Positions 19,339-32,930 of a stretch of DNA of 64,000 bases are shown in pieces; the stretch's first letter is position 1; each line of letters begins with the position of its first letter. A model generated the notes under the pieces. It saw only the letters and a program-made list of their open reading frames with translations, was not told the DNA's origin and ran no database searches. The DNA comes from Vulcanimicrobiota bacterium (GTDB lineage Bacteria; Vulcanimicrobiota; Vulcanimicrobiia; Vulcanimicrobiales; Vulcanimicrobiaceae): assembly GCA_963695225.1 (NCBI GenBank), contig OY968762.1, forward strand, positions 704,001 to 768,000, given 5' to 3'. A program made the translations under genes and the position numbers.

Positions 19339-20154
19339 ATGGTAGCTCGCCCCGCGTTCGATTCGGGCACCGAACTCCAGCGTGCCTTCGACATCCTCGT
19401 CAAGAATTGGATCCTGGCGCTCCCCACGGCGATCGCGTCGCTCGCCTCGCTCTTCTTCGTCGCCTTCCTCGTCGCTTCGATCCTCGCATCCGTGGTCGGG
19501 ATCGGCGTCGGCTCCGAGGGGCGGCATCTGGGCCTCGGTGCGGCGCTCTTCGGCGCCGGGACGTTCGCCGCGCTCGGAGGTTTCGTCGCGATCGTCATCC
19601 TTTCCACGCTCGCGCAGGCCGTCGTCGTGCACGGCGCCGAGGAAGCGTGGAGCGGCCGGCCGGTCGATCTCGCCGCCGGCCTCGGCGTCGCATTCGCCCG
19701 GCTCCCCGCGCTCGTCGTCGCCGGGATCGCGGTCATGCTGATCATGACCATCCCGCTCGCGCTCTCGCTCGTCGGGATCGGCATCCCGCTCGCCATGATC
19801 GCCGGCTTCTTCCTGATCTACGTCCTGCCGGCGATCGTGATCGGCAACGAAGGGGGACTCGCCGCGATCGGCACGTCGTTCCGGCTCACGAAGAGCAACG
19901 CCGGCCCGAGCGCCCTCGCCGCGGTCGCGATGATCCTCGCGATCATCGTCGCGCAGATCATCAACGTCAGCCTCGGCCACGTCCCCGTGCTCGGCTGGCT
20001 CGCCGCGTTTCTCGTCGGCGGCTTCAGCTCCGCGTACGCGGCGCTCGTCGCGGCGCGCTTCTACACGTTGCTGATCGGGACGGCCCAGCCGACGGCACAG
20101 CCCGCCTACGCGGCGCCCATGCCCGGGCCGCCGATGGTTCCGCCTGGGCCATAG
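19339..20154 (+). CDS. multi-pass membrane protein, hypothetical
   Basis: AGGAGG RBS; about six TM helices. Confidence 0.7.
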   Translation: MVARPAFDSGTELQRAFDILVKNWILALPTAIASLASLFFVAFLVASILASVVGIGVGSEGRHLGLGAALFGAGTFAALGGFVAIVILSTLAQAVVVHGAEEAWSGRPVDLAAGLGVAFARLPALVVAGIAVMLIMTIPLALSLVGIGIPLAMIAGFFLIYVLPAIVIGNEGGLAAIGTSFRLTKSNAGPSALAAVAMILAIIVAQIINVSLGHVPVLGWLAAFLVGGFSSAYAALVAARFYTLLIGTAQPTAQPAYAAPMPGPPMVPPGP

Positions 20155-20163
20155 CCGCGAGTC

Positions 20164-20508
20164 CTAGCCCGGCGGCCAGTGCATCCGCCGCCCGCCGAGC
20201 ACGTGCAGGTGCAGGTGGTGGACCGTCTGGCCGCCGTCGTCGCCCTCGTTGACGACGACGCGGTAACCGCCGGGCGCGCGCTCGCGCCCGATGCGCGCCG
20301 CGAGCGCGAAAAGTTCACCGACGTCGTGCGAAGGGACCTGGGCGACGTAATCGCCCAGGTTGTCCGCATGGTGCGTCGGCACCACGAGCACGTGCGTCGG
20401 CGCCTTCGGGCTCAAATCCGTGAACGCGACCGCGTGCTCGCTGCGGGCGACTTCGTTCGCGGGGAGCTCCTTGCGGACGATCTTACAGAAGATGCATTGG
20501 TCGTTCAT
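20164..20508 (-). CDS. HIT family nucleotide-binding protein
   Basis: CIFCKI, GQTVHHLHLHVLGG. Confidence 0.93.
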   Translation of the reverse strand: MNDQCIFCKIVRKELPANEVARSEHAVAFTDLSPKAPTHVLVVPTHHADNLGDYVAQVPSHDVGELFALAARIGRERAPGGYRVVVNEGDDGGQTVHHLHLHVLGGRRMHWPPG

Positions 20509-22118
20509 TCGGCCTTCGGTTTCATCAGCTCGAAGTGGATCATCGATTCCGGTGTCGGGACCACGCCGCCGATCGACGACTTCATCACGAATTGCACGAC
20601 GGAGTGCGTGATCGGGATCGCCGGGGCCTGGTCGTGGATCAGCGCGTTCGCCTCGGCGTAGATCGCCTGCCGCCGCGCTTCGTCCGTCGTGCGCTGCCCG
20701 CGCAGCATGAGTTCGTGGAAGCGCGCGTCGCGCCAGAACGAGTAGTTCTGCGCGTCGCCCTTGACCGCGCTATCCCGGTCGAGAAGTGTGTACATGAAGT
20801 TGTCCGGATCCCCGTTGTCCCCGGTCCAGCCGATCAGACACATCGGGTGCTCGCCGTTGCGCACCTTGCTCAGGAAGACGCCGAACTCGAGCGGCGTCAG
20901 CGTCGCATCGATCCCGACGTCCTTGAGGTTCGCCTGGATCGCCTCGGCGATGCGTTGCGGTTCGGGCATGTAGGGGCGCGGCGCCGTCGGAAGATAGAGC
21001 TGCGTCGAGAAACCGTTCGGAAAGCCGGCTTGCGCGAGCAGCGCCTTCGCCTGCGCGATATCGTGCGGGTACGCCTTCACGGCCTTGTTCTCGCCGAGCA
21101 TCCCCGGCGGCGTCCAGTTGTCCGCCGCCATGGCGCCTGCGGCATAGAAGCCCTTCGCGATCGCGTCCTTGTCGATCGCGAGCGCGACGGCGCGCCGGAC
21201 CCGGACGTCGTCGAAGGGTTTGCGATCCATGTTCAGGGCCAGGTACATCACGTTGTTCGTCGGCTGGCTATAGATCGTCAGCCCCTTCTGTTCCGCGAGC
21301 GTCTTGACGTCGTCCGGGCGCGGATCGATCAAGCCGTCGATATCGCCCTTCTGCATCGAGAGCGTTCCGGTCGATTGATCGGGGATGTCGCGAATGATGA
21401 TGGTCGCGTACGCGGGCTTGGGCCCGTTGTACCCCGGGTTCGCGGTGAGCGTGATGTGATCGTTCTTGACCCACTCGGCGACCGCGTACGGCCCGCTCGC
21501 CACCGGCTTTAGCGCGAATGCCTCGGGATCTTTCTTGATCGCGTCGGGCGACCCGATCGCAAAGGGCGGCATCGCGATGTTCCGCAGGAACGGTCCGAAC
21601 GGCGTCGTCAACTTGAACGAGACCTCCGTCGGGCCGGCCACGACGACGTCCGCGATGACGCCGGGATACCCGCCGAATTGGCTCGTGTAGTACGCATACG
21701 AATAGTTGCCGTGATACGGGTGCGTCTTGAGGCGCCAGCGGTCGAAATTGAATTTCACCGCGTTCGCATCGAGCGGCGTCCCGTCGGTGAATTTCAGATC
21801 CGGCTTCAGCTTGAACGTCCAGGTCTTTCCGTCCGCGCTCGTCGTCCAGGAATCGGCGATCTCCGGTTCGATCTCGAAGGTGCCGGGCTTGAAGCGAACG
21901 AGATTCTGGAAGATCAACTGCGTCGTCGTGTGCGAGATGCCGTCCGTTTCGTGGGACGGGTCGAGCCCCACGACGTCCTTCACGCGCCCTATCACGAGCT
22001 GGGGGCCGCTCGCGCCGCTTCCCTCGCCGCCGCCGCCGCACGCCGCGAGCGTGCCGGCGCCGAGCGCGAGTGCGAGGAGGATCGCGACCGAGCGTAGGCG
22101 GGTCTGCAGAGTCTGCAT
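20505..22118 (-). CDS. ABC transporter substrate-binding lipoprotein, family 5 (DppA-like)
   Basis: Lipobox LAAC; WTFKLK, PFDDVRVRRA, PRPYMPEP, GWTGDNGDPDNF. Confidence 0.9.
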   Translation of the reverse strand: MQTLQTRLRSVAILLALALGAGTLAACGGGGEGSGASGPQLVIGRVKDVVGLDPSHETDGISHTTTQLIFQNLVRFKPGTFEIEPEIADSWTTSADGKTWTFKLKPDLKFTDGTPLDANAVKFNFDRWRLKTHPYHGNYSYAYYTSQFGGYPGVIADVVVAGPTEVSFKLTTPFGPFLRNIAMPPFAIGSPDAIKKDPEAFALKPVASGPYAVAEWVKNDHITLTANPGYNGPKPAYATIIIRDIPDQSTGTLSMQKGDIDGLIDPRPDDVKTLAEQKGLTIYSQPTNNVMYLALNMDRKPFDDVRVRRAVALAIDKDAIAKGFYAAGAMAADNWTPPGMLGENKAVKAYPHDIAQAKALLAQAGFPNGFSTQLYLPTAPRPYMPEPQRIAEAIQANLKDVGIDATLTPLEFGVFLSKVRNGEHPMCLIGWTGDNGDPDNFMYTLLDRDSAVKGDAQNYSFWRDARFHELMLRGQRTTDEARRQAIYAEANALIHDQAPAIPITHSVVQFVMKSSIGGVVPTPESMIHFELMKPKAE

Positions 22119-22126
22119 CGTTTAGC

Positions 22127-23668
22127 TTACCTCGACTTGATGGTGAACGACCACGAACGGGTCGCCGTGTTACCGGCCGGGTCCGCAACGCGCACGACCA
22201 CGTTCACGATGCCGTCCGCGTAATCGCCGGGCGGGCTGTACGTGATGAAGGTCGCCGCACGGACGGCGGCTGCCGTGACGTCGTGCCCGTTCACGGTCAG
22301 GACGACGCTCGATGCATCGATCCCGGCCCCGCCGAGCGAAGCGAACGTCGCGTAGATGTTCGGCCGCGAATTGTTGACCGTCTGACCGGAAGGCGGGGCG
22401 ATGTCGACGATCGCGGGCGGCGTCGTCACTGCCGAGAGCTGCACCGGCGCTTCCGTGCGCGGGGCCTCCGACGTCCCGACGGCGAGCCGTCCGAACACAG
22501 GAACTTGCACGACGTTGAAGCGCTCGGGGATCGCGAACCGCGCCCGATAGATTCCGGGGGCATCCTCACGCATCGGATTCCCCGTCACGTAGTCGCCGAT
22601 GTCGAACGAGGCGCGCCCGCCTGCGGTGCCGCGCATTTCGACGTCGAGATATTCGCCCGCGCGCAGCGCGCGGGTGGCGGAGATCGTGAACGATGCGATC
22701 GCCACGTCCGCCGCGGGGGCCGACGTCGGCGGAACGTGGCGCGTGGCGATCACTTGACGAATCTCTCCGCTTTCGGGATTGCTGCGGACCGTGACGTAGT
22801 CGCCGAGGCGAATGTCCGCCATCTGCGCCGGATCGCCGTTGAGCGTGATCGCGGAGACGCGCTCCCCGGTGACGACCCGGCCGTTCCCGAGCACGAGAGC
22901 CGACGGCGAGACCGCAGCCACCGTCCCCGTCGCCGACTTGAAGAAGTCGTGGACTTCAACGACGCGGCCGTCCTTCGCGAGCACGACGCGCAGCGCATCG
23001 CCGACGCGCACGTCCGCAAGCTCCCCCCGCAGCTGCGAGCGGATCGTCGTGTCCTCGATGTAATAACGCGCGCCGGAATTCAGCGCGATCGTGCGGGGAT
23101 TTCCGCCGATGATGACCGTGACGCTCGGAGGGGACGAGAGCGCGTCGATCGCGGAGACGGTTCCGAGGAGCGTGCTCCCTCCGCCGGAAGCGCTGCGTTC
23201 GTTGACGTTCTTGCCGATGAACGGCGAGACGATCTCGATCTTCGCGCCCCGCTGATCGTAACTGACGACGGCGCCGAGCGCGGCGCCGATGAAACGGAGC
23301 GGGACGAACGTCGTTCCGTCGCGGTCGACGGGCGCCTGATCGAGCGCGATCGTCTGCCCGTCGACGCGCGCCTGCGTGCTCCCGACCACGACCGTCGCGA
23401 CGCCCGAGGCGAGCGTCGCAGAGATCGCGTTCCCGACGCGCGTCAGCGGGATCCCGAACGCGGCGAAGACGGCGCGCAGCGGGACCATCACGCGACGCTC
23501 GACCACTTCGGGGGGCGCTTCACCCTCGAGCGTCTCGCCGTTGATGACGATCGTGATCTGACGAACCGGCTTTTCGGCGGCCGGGGACGGCGACGGCACC
23601 CCGGCGGCGAAGGCCACGCTCGGAAGGGCCGCCGCGCAAAGGAGCACGAGGGCACGCAGGAACTTCAT
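22127..23668 (-). CDS. secreted protein with copper amine oxidase N-terminal (stalk) domain
   Basis: Signal peptide; VMVPLRAVF...TFVPLRFIGAALG. Confidence 0.8.
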   Translation of the reverse strand: MKFLRALVLLCAAALPSVAFAAGVPSPSPAAEKPVRQITIVINGETLEGEAPPEVVERRVMVPLRAVFAAFGIPLTRVGNAISATLASGVATVVVGSTQARVDGQTIALDQAPVDRDGTTFVPLRFIGAALGAVVSYDQRGAKIEIVSPFIGKNVNERSASGGGSTLLGTVSAIDALSSPPSVTVIIGGNPRTIALNSGARYYIEDTTIRSQLRGELADVRVGDALRVVLAKDGRVVEVHDFFKSATGTVAAVSPSALVLGNGRVVTGERVSAITLNGDPAQMADIRLGDYVTVRSNPESGEIRQVIATRHVPPTSAPAADVAIASFTISATRALRAGEYLDVEMRGTAGGRASFDIGDYVTGNPMREDAPGIYRARFAIPERFNVVQVPVFGRLAVGTSEAPRTEAPVQLSAVTTPPAIVDIAPPSGQTVNNSRPNIYATFASLGGAGIDASSVVLTVNGHDVTAAAVRAATFITYSPPGDYADGIVNVVVRVADPAGNTATRSWSFTIKSR

Positions 23669-24692
23669 CGGCTGCGCCTTTCCTCCAAAACCTCGCGATA
23701 TACCTCGGCGGTCGCCGCGGCGCAGCGATCCCAGGTCTGCGTGCGCGCGAACGCACGGGCGCGCTCCGGGTCGAGCCCGTCGGTTCCGGCGAGAACGGCG
23801 GCCATCAAATCCCGCAACGCGCAGACGTCCCGCGCCGCGAACACCCCGACGTAGGGACGCAGGACCCCGGGGACCGCATCGGCGCAGGCGAGCACGCGCG
23901 TCCCGACCGCGGCCGCCTCGAGCATCGGCAAGCCGAATCCCTCGCACCAGGCGGGGTGAACGAGCGCGCTCGCTCCGCGGCAGGCGCGCGCGAGATCCTC
24001 CCGTTCGAGTTCCCCGGCGAAGCGCAGCGTGCCGCGCACGCGCCCCGGGCGGCGCGCCTCCGCCGGGAGATCGTCCCGCCCGGTCACGACGAGATCGGCC
24101 TCGAGATCCGGCGGGAGCGCCTCCCAGGCCGCGAACGCCGTCGCGAGATCCTTGTGCGGCCGGTGGTTCCCGACATACAGAAAATACGGGCGCGGCGCCG
24201 GTTCCAGGCGGACGTCGCCGAGGAACGCGTCGTCGACGCCGAGCGCGACGACGCGCACTTTCTTTGGGGGGACGCCGAGAAACCGTTCCAGGTCGGCGAC
24301 GGTTCGCCAATCGTCCGTGATCACGCGCTCGGCGCGCGCGCAAAGGCTGCGCACGACGATGCGGTAGTACGGCCCGATCTTCGCCTTGAACAGCTCGGGG
24401 TAGCGCAGGTGAATCAAATCGTGGATCGTGATCGCGAACGGGCGCGGCGCGAAGTACGGCGCGTAGAGCGAGGGGTAATGCGTCAGCCCCGGCTTCATGC
24501 GCGCGAGTTCGAGCGGAAGCAGCACCTGCTCTTCGAACGTGACGTTCTCGCCGCGCCCCGCCGTGCGAAACCGGAGATCCGGCGCGACGCGCGGGAGGCG
24601 CGCGATCAGCTCGCGCGCGTAGGCGCGCATCCCGACCGACATCTGCCTCGTGGCGCGGCCGTCGATCGCCACGTCGACGGGCCCGGCCCTGC

Positions 24693-24696
<4 letters not shown>
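23665..24696 (-). CDS. glycosyltransferase family 4
   Basis: TIHDL, YVGNHRPHK, EGFGLPMLEA. Confidence 0.88.
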
Positions 24697-27280
<2,584 letters not shown>

Positions 27281-27322
27281 TCATTGCACTCGCCCCAGCA
27301 ATGAATTCGTTCCCGTCGCCGT

Positions 27323-28042
27323 GTGAGAGATGACGTGGTCGTCAGCAATTTCAATCTCAAGACCAAGGTCAAGGAAGCCCTGTGCACGCTTCGCCAGATC
27401 TTGGACTACCCTGAAATGCATCCCAATCGGCGCGTGCGCAAACTCGCCCTCGACGATACCGTCGCATTCATCCGCGAGCGGTGCCCGGCGGCGGTCGGCC
27501 TCCGCAGCGAACGTGAAGTGCTGGAGCACGCTCTGAGGGGGATCGGCGGGAACGGGCACATCCTCGAGTTCGGCGTGTATCGAGGCGGCAGCATCCGGCA
27601 CATTGCAAAGACCGTGCCGAACCGCACGATCGACGGCTTCGACAGCTTCGACGGGTTGCCCGAAGATTGGACCGGCGTCAACGTCCCCAAGGGTACGTTT
27701 TCGCGTCTCGGCGCGACCCCGCGCGTGAGCCCGTGGGTTCGGCTCCACCGCGGCTGGTTCAAGGACACGCTGCCGGCCTGGCTGCGGCAGCATCCGGGAC
27801 CCGCCGACTTCATCCACATCGATTCGGATCTCTACTCCTCGGCGAAGACCGTGCTGACTCTGCTGGCAGACCGCATCCTGCCCGGAACCGTCATCGTCTT
27901 CGATGAGTACTTCAACTATCCCAATTGGCAAGCGCACGAGCACAAAGCCTTTGAGGAGTTCCTGGCGGAAACCGGCGCCACCGTCGACTATCTTTGCTAC
28001 GGGAGCGAACAGCTCGCCGTGCGCATTTCGACCCGCCCCTAG
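27323..28042 (+). CDS. TylF/MycF-like class I SAM methyltransferase
   Basis: LEFGVYRGGS, GFDSFDGLPEDW, GWFKDTL, IHIDSDLYSS, FDEY. Confidence 0.8.
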   Translation: MRDDVVVSNFNLKTKVKEALCTLRQILDYPEMHPNRRVRKLALDDTVAFIRERCPAAVGLRSEREVLEHALRGIGGNGHILEFGVYRGGSIRHIAKTVPNRTIDGFDSFDGLPEDWTGVNVPKGTFSRLGATPRVSPWVRLHRGWFKDTLPAWLRQHPGPADFIHIDSDLYSSAKTVLTLLADRILPGTVIVFDEYFNYPNWQAHEHKAFEEFLAETGATVDYLCYGSEQLAVRISTRP

Positions 28043-28052
28043 CTAGGGCGCG

Positions 28053-28802
28053 ATGCGCGTTCCGGACGATTGGCACGTTACGTTCTTCAGCGGCCTCGCC
28101 ATGGACATGTGGGCCGCCGGGTTCAGCGTGGAGGAATCCGCGCTCGACGTCGATTTCCTCGTCGAAGAACTCGGCCTTGCGCCCGGCGCGCACGTCTTGG
28201 ATGCGGCGTGCGGCAACGGCCGGCACGTGCGCGAGTTCGCCGCACGCGGGATCCGCGTTACCGGCATCGACGTCGCGCCGGGCTTCGTCGAACCGCTCGC
28301 ACGCGAGTTTGCGCGCTCGGCCCTCGTGACCGTCGTGCAGGGCGATCTGCGAGATGCTCCGCTCGGCGGCCCGTACGACGCCGCCGTCTGGTGGGGAAAC
28401 GGCTTCGGCTATCTGGCCCGTTCCGACGAAGCCGCCGTGCTGCGCCGCATCGGGGCCGCGCTGCGGCCCGGCGCGCGTTTCGCCTTACAGACGGCACTCG
28501 TCGCCGAGGCCGCGCTTCCCAATTTCGCCGAACGGCACTGGGAGCGCGCCGGCGGGATCGATGTGCTGATGGACTGCGCGTACGTTTCGGCCGAAAGCCG
28601 TATCGATGCCACTTACACGTACCGGACGGCCGAGCGCAGCGAGACGCGAAACCTCTCGCTCTTCGTCTACACGCTCGCCGAGCTCGGGACGCTCCTCGGC
28701 GCCGCCGGCATGCACGTCGGCGCCGTGCTGGGTTCCATCGACGGCACGCCCTTCGAACTCGGAGATCGCGAGGCGATCCTCCTCGCCGAGAAGACACGCT
28801 GA
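28053..28802 (+). CDS. class I SAM-dependent methyltransferase
   Basis: VLDAACGNGRH, NGFGY, LRPGARF. Confidence 0.82.
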   Translation: MRVPDDWHVTFFSGLAMDMWAAGFSVEESALDVDFLVEELGLAPGAHVLDAACGNGRHVREFAARGIRVTGIDVAPGFVEPLAREFARSALVTVVQGDLRDAPLGGPYDAAVWWGNGFGYLARSDEAAVLRRIGAALRPGARFALQTALVAEAALPNFAERHWERAGGIDVLMDCAYVSAESRIDATYTYRTAERSETRNLSLFVYTLAELGTLLGAAGMHVGAVLGSIDGTPFELGDREAILLAEKTR

Positions 28803-28856
28803 TGCCAGCCGCCGCCGCGTGACCGGCGTCTCGCCGGCCCCGCGAGCACGCCCCGC

Positions 28857-30440
28857 ATGACCGGCATGCCGCGGCTCTATCGAACCAGGAGCCCGGTCCG
28901 CGACCGCGCCGCCCTCCTGCTGTTCGCCGTCTGGCTCTGCATAGCGCTGTTCCTGGCGGCGCACCACGCGTTCTGGCGCGACGAAGTGCGAGCGCTGACG
29001 CTCGCCCTGCGAGGCGAAAACGTCCTGGCGATGCTCCGCGGCATTCACGGCGAGGGCCACCCCGCCGTTTGGTACCTTCTCTTGAGAGGGGCTCACGCTG
29101 CGGTGCCGAGACCCGAAGTCCTCGAGGGCGTCTCGCTGGCGACGGCGTTCGCGGCGCTGCTCCTCTTCGTGCTGCGCTCGCCGTTCGGGGCGCTGCTCGT
29201 CGCGTTGGTCCTTTTCAGCCGCTTCGGCCTCTTCGAGTATTCCGTCATGGCGCGGAACTACGGCATCAGCATGCTGCTCCTGTTCGCCCTGGCTGCCTGC
29301 TACGCGCGCAACCGCAACGGCGGCCTCCTCCTCGGCAGCCTGCTCTTTTTGCTGACGAATTGCAACGTGCACTCCGTCTTGCTCGCGGGCGCATTCCTGC
29401 TGTTCTGGTTCCTCGACGTCGCAACGAGCGAGCCCGGCCCGGCTCGGTCGAAAGCGTGGGGCACCTTCGCCGTCAATGCAGGCATGGCGGCGGCCGGCGC
29501 TGCGATCTGCTTGCTCACGCTCTATCCCGCCGCGAACGACGACGGCTGGCCCCAACGGCCCCCGGACGGGCCCCTCACGATGCTGCTCACGGGCCTCTTC
29601 GTCCCGGCGCATCACTTGAGCCACCTGTTACCGGTCTCGTGGCCGCACACGGCGCTCGTTCAGGGCCTCGCGTCGCTCGTCATGTTCGGGAGCACTCTTG
29701 GCCTAGCCCGGCGACCTGCGGCCCTCGCAGCGTCGCTTACGGCCCTGATCGGGCTCTCTCTCTTCTTCGCTCTCGTATATCCGGGCAGCTACCGGCACGA
29801 GGCGCTGTGGCTCGTGTTCCTCCTGAGCATGTATTGGATCGTAGGGAGCGGCGAGGCTGCAAGCCGATCCGCCGCCGGGATTGCCGCGATACCGCGCGCG
29901 CACCCGATCGCCGCCGCCGGATCGCTGCTCTTCGGCCTGCTCCTAGCGCTGCAGTTCCCCGGCGGTCTCGAGGCGGTTGCGAACGCGAGCAACGGCATCC
30001 CTCAGAGCCGCAGCCGCGACTTCGGCACGCTCGTCGCAGCGCACCCCGAGTTGCACGATGCCGTCATCATCGCAGACCCGGACTATCTCGTGGAGCCGCT
30101 GCCCTATTACCTTCCGAACCACACGTACCTCATGCGCCTGCAGCGCTTCGGAGACGTCGTGACGTTCACGAAGAACGCTCGGCTGAGCCTCAGCCTCGAC
30201 GACGTCCTCGCCGACGCGCGCCGCCTGCACCTTCGGACGCGCGAGCCGGTCATCATCCTGCTGCAACAGCGGCTGGATCCCTCGCTGCCGGCCCAGCACT
30301 ATCGCGAGGGCTACGACTGGGAGTTCGTTGCTACGCCGCGGCAAGTGCGCACGTTCCTAGCGGCCACGAGCCTCATCCGCAGCTTCGCCCCCGCCGTCAG
30401 CGACGAGAGCTACGACGTCTATCTCTTCCCGCGCTCGTAA
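28857..30440 (+). CDS. multi-pass membrane protein, probable GT-C glycosyltransferase
   Basis: First loop FWRDE...EGHPAVWY, later ARNY; many TM helices and a C-terminal soluble domain. Confidence 0.6.
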   Translation: MTGMPRLYRTRSPVRDRAALLLFAVWLCIALFLAAHHAFWRDEVRALTLALRGENVLAMLRGIHGEGHPAVWYLLLRGAHAAVPRPEVLEGVSLATAFAALLLFVLRSPFGALLVALVLFSRFGLFEYSVMARNYGISMLLLFALAACYARNRNGGLLLGSLLFLLTNCNVHSVLLAGAFLLFWFLDVATSEPGPARSKAWGTFAVNAGMAAAGAAICLLTLYPAANDDGWPQRPPDGPLTMLLTGLFVPAHHLSHLLPVSWPHTALVQGLASLVMFGSTLGLARRPAALAASLTALIGLSLFFALVYPGSYRHEALWLVFLLSMYWIVGSGEAASRSAAGIAAIPRAHPIAAAGSLLFGLLLALQFPGGLEAVANASNGIPQSRSRDFGTLVAAHPELHDAVIIADPDYLVEPLPYYLPNHTYLMRLQRFGDVVTFTKNARLSLSLDDVLADARRLHLRTREPVIILLQQRLDPSLPAQHYREGYDWEFVATPRQVRTFLAATSLIRSFAPAVSDESYDVYLFPRS

Positions 30441-30478
30441 GCGCCGGCCATCCGGCCCGCACGTCTGCGTCGAGCGGG

Positions 30479-31180
30479 CTACTTCCCCGCACGCCGGCTT
30501 CGCCAGATGCGCTTCCACGTCCACCACGCGCTCTCGAGCGGCCGCATGGTGCTCTGGCCGATGCGCTCCTTATACGGAATCCCCACCGACGTCACCCTAT
30601 AACCCTGCGCCACGGGCCGCAGCAGCAGTTCGACCGGCAATGCGGCGCCGACGCCCTCGAACTCGAGTTCGTCTATCATCTTCTTGCTGTACGCCCGCAT
30701 GCCGCTATGAAGGTCCGTGAAGCGTCGCGCGAAGAGCACCGAGGCAAACAGCGCGAACCCGGCATTCGCGACGAAGTTCAACCACGGCATCGCCGCAGGC
30801 TTCTTCACGAGCCGGCTGCCGTCGACGAGATCCCAGCCGCCGTTCAGTACCATCTCCGCCATGGGCCGGATCGACGAAACCGGGTAGGTATCGTCGCAGT
30901 CGAGCGTCACGACGACGTCCCCGGCGCTCGAGCGAAGCGCCGTCTCCATCGCGGGGCCGTAACCGCGCGGGGGAAACTGCCTGATCACCCTCGCGCCGAG
31001 CTCTTGAGCGATCTGCGCCGTGGCATCCGCGCTGCTATCGACGACGAGAATCTCCGCCTCCGGAGCCGCCGCTCGAATGTCGGCGATCACCTTGCCGACC
31101 GCGGCCTCCTCGTTGCGCGTGATCATCGCCACCGTAATCCTAGGCGCATCCACGTCGCGCACCGTCTCCCCGAGACTCAC
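30479..31180 (-). CDS. GT2, polyprenol-phosphate glycosyltransferase (DPM/GtrB-like)
   Basis: RGYGPA, TLDCDDTYP, VDGSR, DLHSGMRAY, YKERIGQS. Confidence 0.82.
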   Translation of the reverse strand: MSLGETVRDVDAPRITVAMITRNEEAAVGKVIADIRAAAPEAEILVVDSSADATAQIAQELGARVIRQFPPRGYGPAMETALRSSAGDVVVTLDCDDTYPVSSIRPMAEMVLNGGWDLVDGSRLVKKPAAMPWLNFVANAGFALFASVLFARRFTDLHSGMRAYSKKMIDELEFEGVGAALPVELLLRPVAQGYRVTSVGIPYKERIGQSTMRPLESAWWTWKRIWRSRRAGK

Positions 31181-32475
31181 GGCGCAGCGGCTTCGCCGTC
31201 GAGCGCGAGCGCCACTTCCGAACCTCGCCGCACGGCTTCGTCCATGTTGATGTACTCGAATTCCGCATTTCTGCCGACGCTCGCGATTCCGAGACTCTTC
31301 ACGTATGCGAGCGCCGGCGCAAGGTTCGCGGAATAGTCGAACGTTCTCACGACGTAGGCGTGCTTCGTGCGGTGGACCGCGCGAAACGCGACTCGCTCCC
31401 GCTCGATCAGTTTCATGCTCTCGAGGCCAGCCACGACTTCCTCGATCAGACGCGCGTCCGTCATCTCGTGGAATCCGTCGCCCGGATTCGTCGTGATCTC
31501 GGCCGCTACGGCGAAGTGATCGGGAGGGGCGCCTTCATCCGTGAAGCTCCTCGGAAACGAGAGCCGGTGAAACGGAAGCGACGGGTCCGGGACGTAGAGT
31601 GCCGTCAGGTCCGGCCCTGCGCTCCCCTCCACGCCGAGCATCACGAGGCTCAAAGAATTGAATCGCAGGCGTCCGACCGCCGCTCCCACCTCGCCCGGCA
31701 CGGCAGGCAACGCGGCGATGAGATCTTGGATCGGGATCGTCGAGACCAAGCGGTCGTACCGCTTCACGGACGCGCCGTCGCCCACGTGCCACGCCCCATC
31801 TTCTTTCCAGATGCGCGAGACGCGGAACCCCAACGCGATCTCGCGGCAATCGGCAGCGTACGCTTTGGGCAGCGCTTCGATTCCGCCGGTCTTCGGGTAT
31901 CCGAAATCGAGCTGATGCGCGTATCCCTCGGTCTCGACGCCGACGGCCGATTTGATGACGTCTTCCAGAGGGGGACGCGGAACTCGCCCCTCGACCCAAT
32001 CGAACGTCATCTGATCGGCGGGGACGTTCCAGATCTTCTCGTTGTACGGGATCATGTATTTTTCGGCGATCCCCTTGCCGAACGTGTGATAGATCCACGC
32101 CTTGAAGTTCGTCGGGGGCGGGGCATCGTTGTGGATGTAATGGTAGAGACATTCGAACCGCTCGAGCGGCGGTAGATCGAAGAGGCCGTTCTCAAACGGG
32201 TACTTCACGAGCGTGCCCGCATACCAAATCGCATTTCGCCGGCGCCGTCGAGCGAGATTATCGCCGAGCTTCGCGTACATCTCGGCGAGGATCTCCTTGT
32301 TCCGCGAAAACATGATGTGCGGCCCGCCGAGATCGAACGTGTAGCCGTCACGAACGAGGCTTCTGCAATTCCCGCCCACGGCGCGATCGAGCTCCAGCAC
32401 TTCGCAAGAATGCCGCTTGCATTTCGCTGCGACCACAAGGCCGACGAGGCCGCCGCCCAGGATGCCGATTCTCAT
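31177..32475 (-). CDS. FAD-dependent oxidoreductase, UDP-galactopyranose mutase-like
   Basis: GGGLVG, FDLGGPHI, PYNEKIW, WVEGRV, FGYPKTGG, GRNAEFEYINMD. Confidence 0.7.
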   Translation of the reverse strand: MRIGILGGGLVGLVVAAKCKRHSCEVLELDRAVGGNCRSLVRDGYTFDLGGPHIMFSRNKEILAEMYAKLGDNLARRRRRNAIWYAGTLVKYPFENGLFDLPPLERFECLYHYIHNDAPPPTNFKAWIYHTFGKGIAEKYMIPYNEKIWNVPADQMTFDWVEGRVPRPPLEDVIKSAVGVETEGYAHQLDFGYPKTGGIEALPKAYAADCREIALGFRVSRIWKEDGAWHVGDGASVKRYDRLVSTIPIQDLIAALPAVPGEVGAAVGRLRFNSLSLVMLGVEGSAGPDLTALYVPDPSLPFHRLSFPRSFTDEGAPPDHFAVAAEITTNPGDGFHEMTDARLIEEVVAGLESMKLIERERVAFRAVHRTKHAYVVRTFDYSANLAPALAYVKSLGIASVGRNAEFEYINMDEAVRRGSEVALALDGEAAAP

Positions 32476-32930
32476 GAACGCAGATCCCAGCGCCGGCGAA
32501 GCTGCCGAAACGATGCGGTGATGCCCCGCCCGAACGTGAGGTAGCGATGCAGGATGAAGCCAAGCGGTAGGTTGACGCCCACCGCCAGTATCTTAGCGAC
32601 GACGGGCGCGAGGTGCCACCCCCGCACGCCGAGTTCGACGATTCCCATCGTCGTCAGAACGAGGACTACGCCGACCGCAACGTACGTCCTCGCTTGTTCC
32701 GGAGCCGTGCGGCCGAAGCTCCTGAAGTTCAGCTGCCGATTCAACGCGAAGTTCGTCGTCGCACCGGCCGTAAAGGCGATCGCAACCGCGACGGGGCGCC
32801 ATAGGCCGGCGTTCAGCAGCAGCGCAAATCCGCCGACGTCGACGCAGAAGGCGCACGCGCTGAAGGCGAAATACCGGATCAAGAGGGACCGCGTGCGGCC
32901 GCCGGCGTGCCACCGTTGCGCGTTCGTCAT
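32472..32930 (-). CDS. GtrA family flippase
   Basis: Four TM helices, NFALNRQLNF, HRYLTF. Confidence 0.78.
   Translation of the reverse strand: MTNAQRWHAGGRTRSLLIRYFAFSACAFCVDVGGFALLLNAGLWRPVAVAIAFTAGATTNFALNRQLNFRSFGRTAPEQARTYVAVGVVLVLTTMGIVELGVRGWHLAPVVAKILAVGVNLPLGFILHRYLTFGRGITASFRQLRRRWDLRS

Noticed and set aside
20505..22118. Orphan peptide-binding protein as a novel system
   Set aside because: Orphan family-5 binding proteins are common; permeases are likely encoded elsewhere
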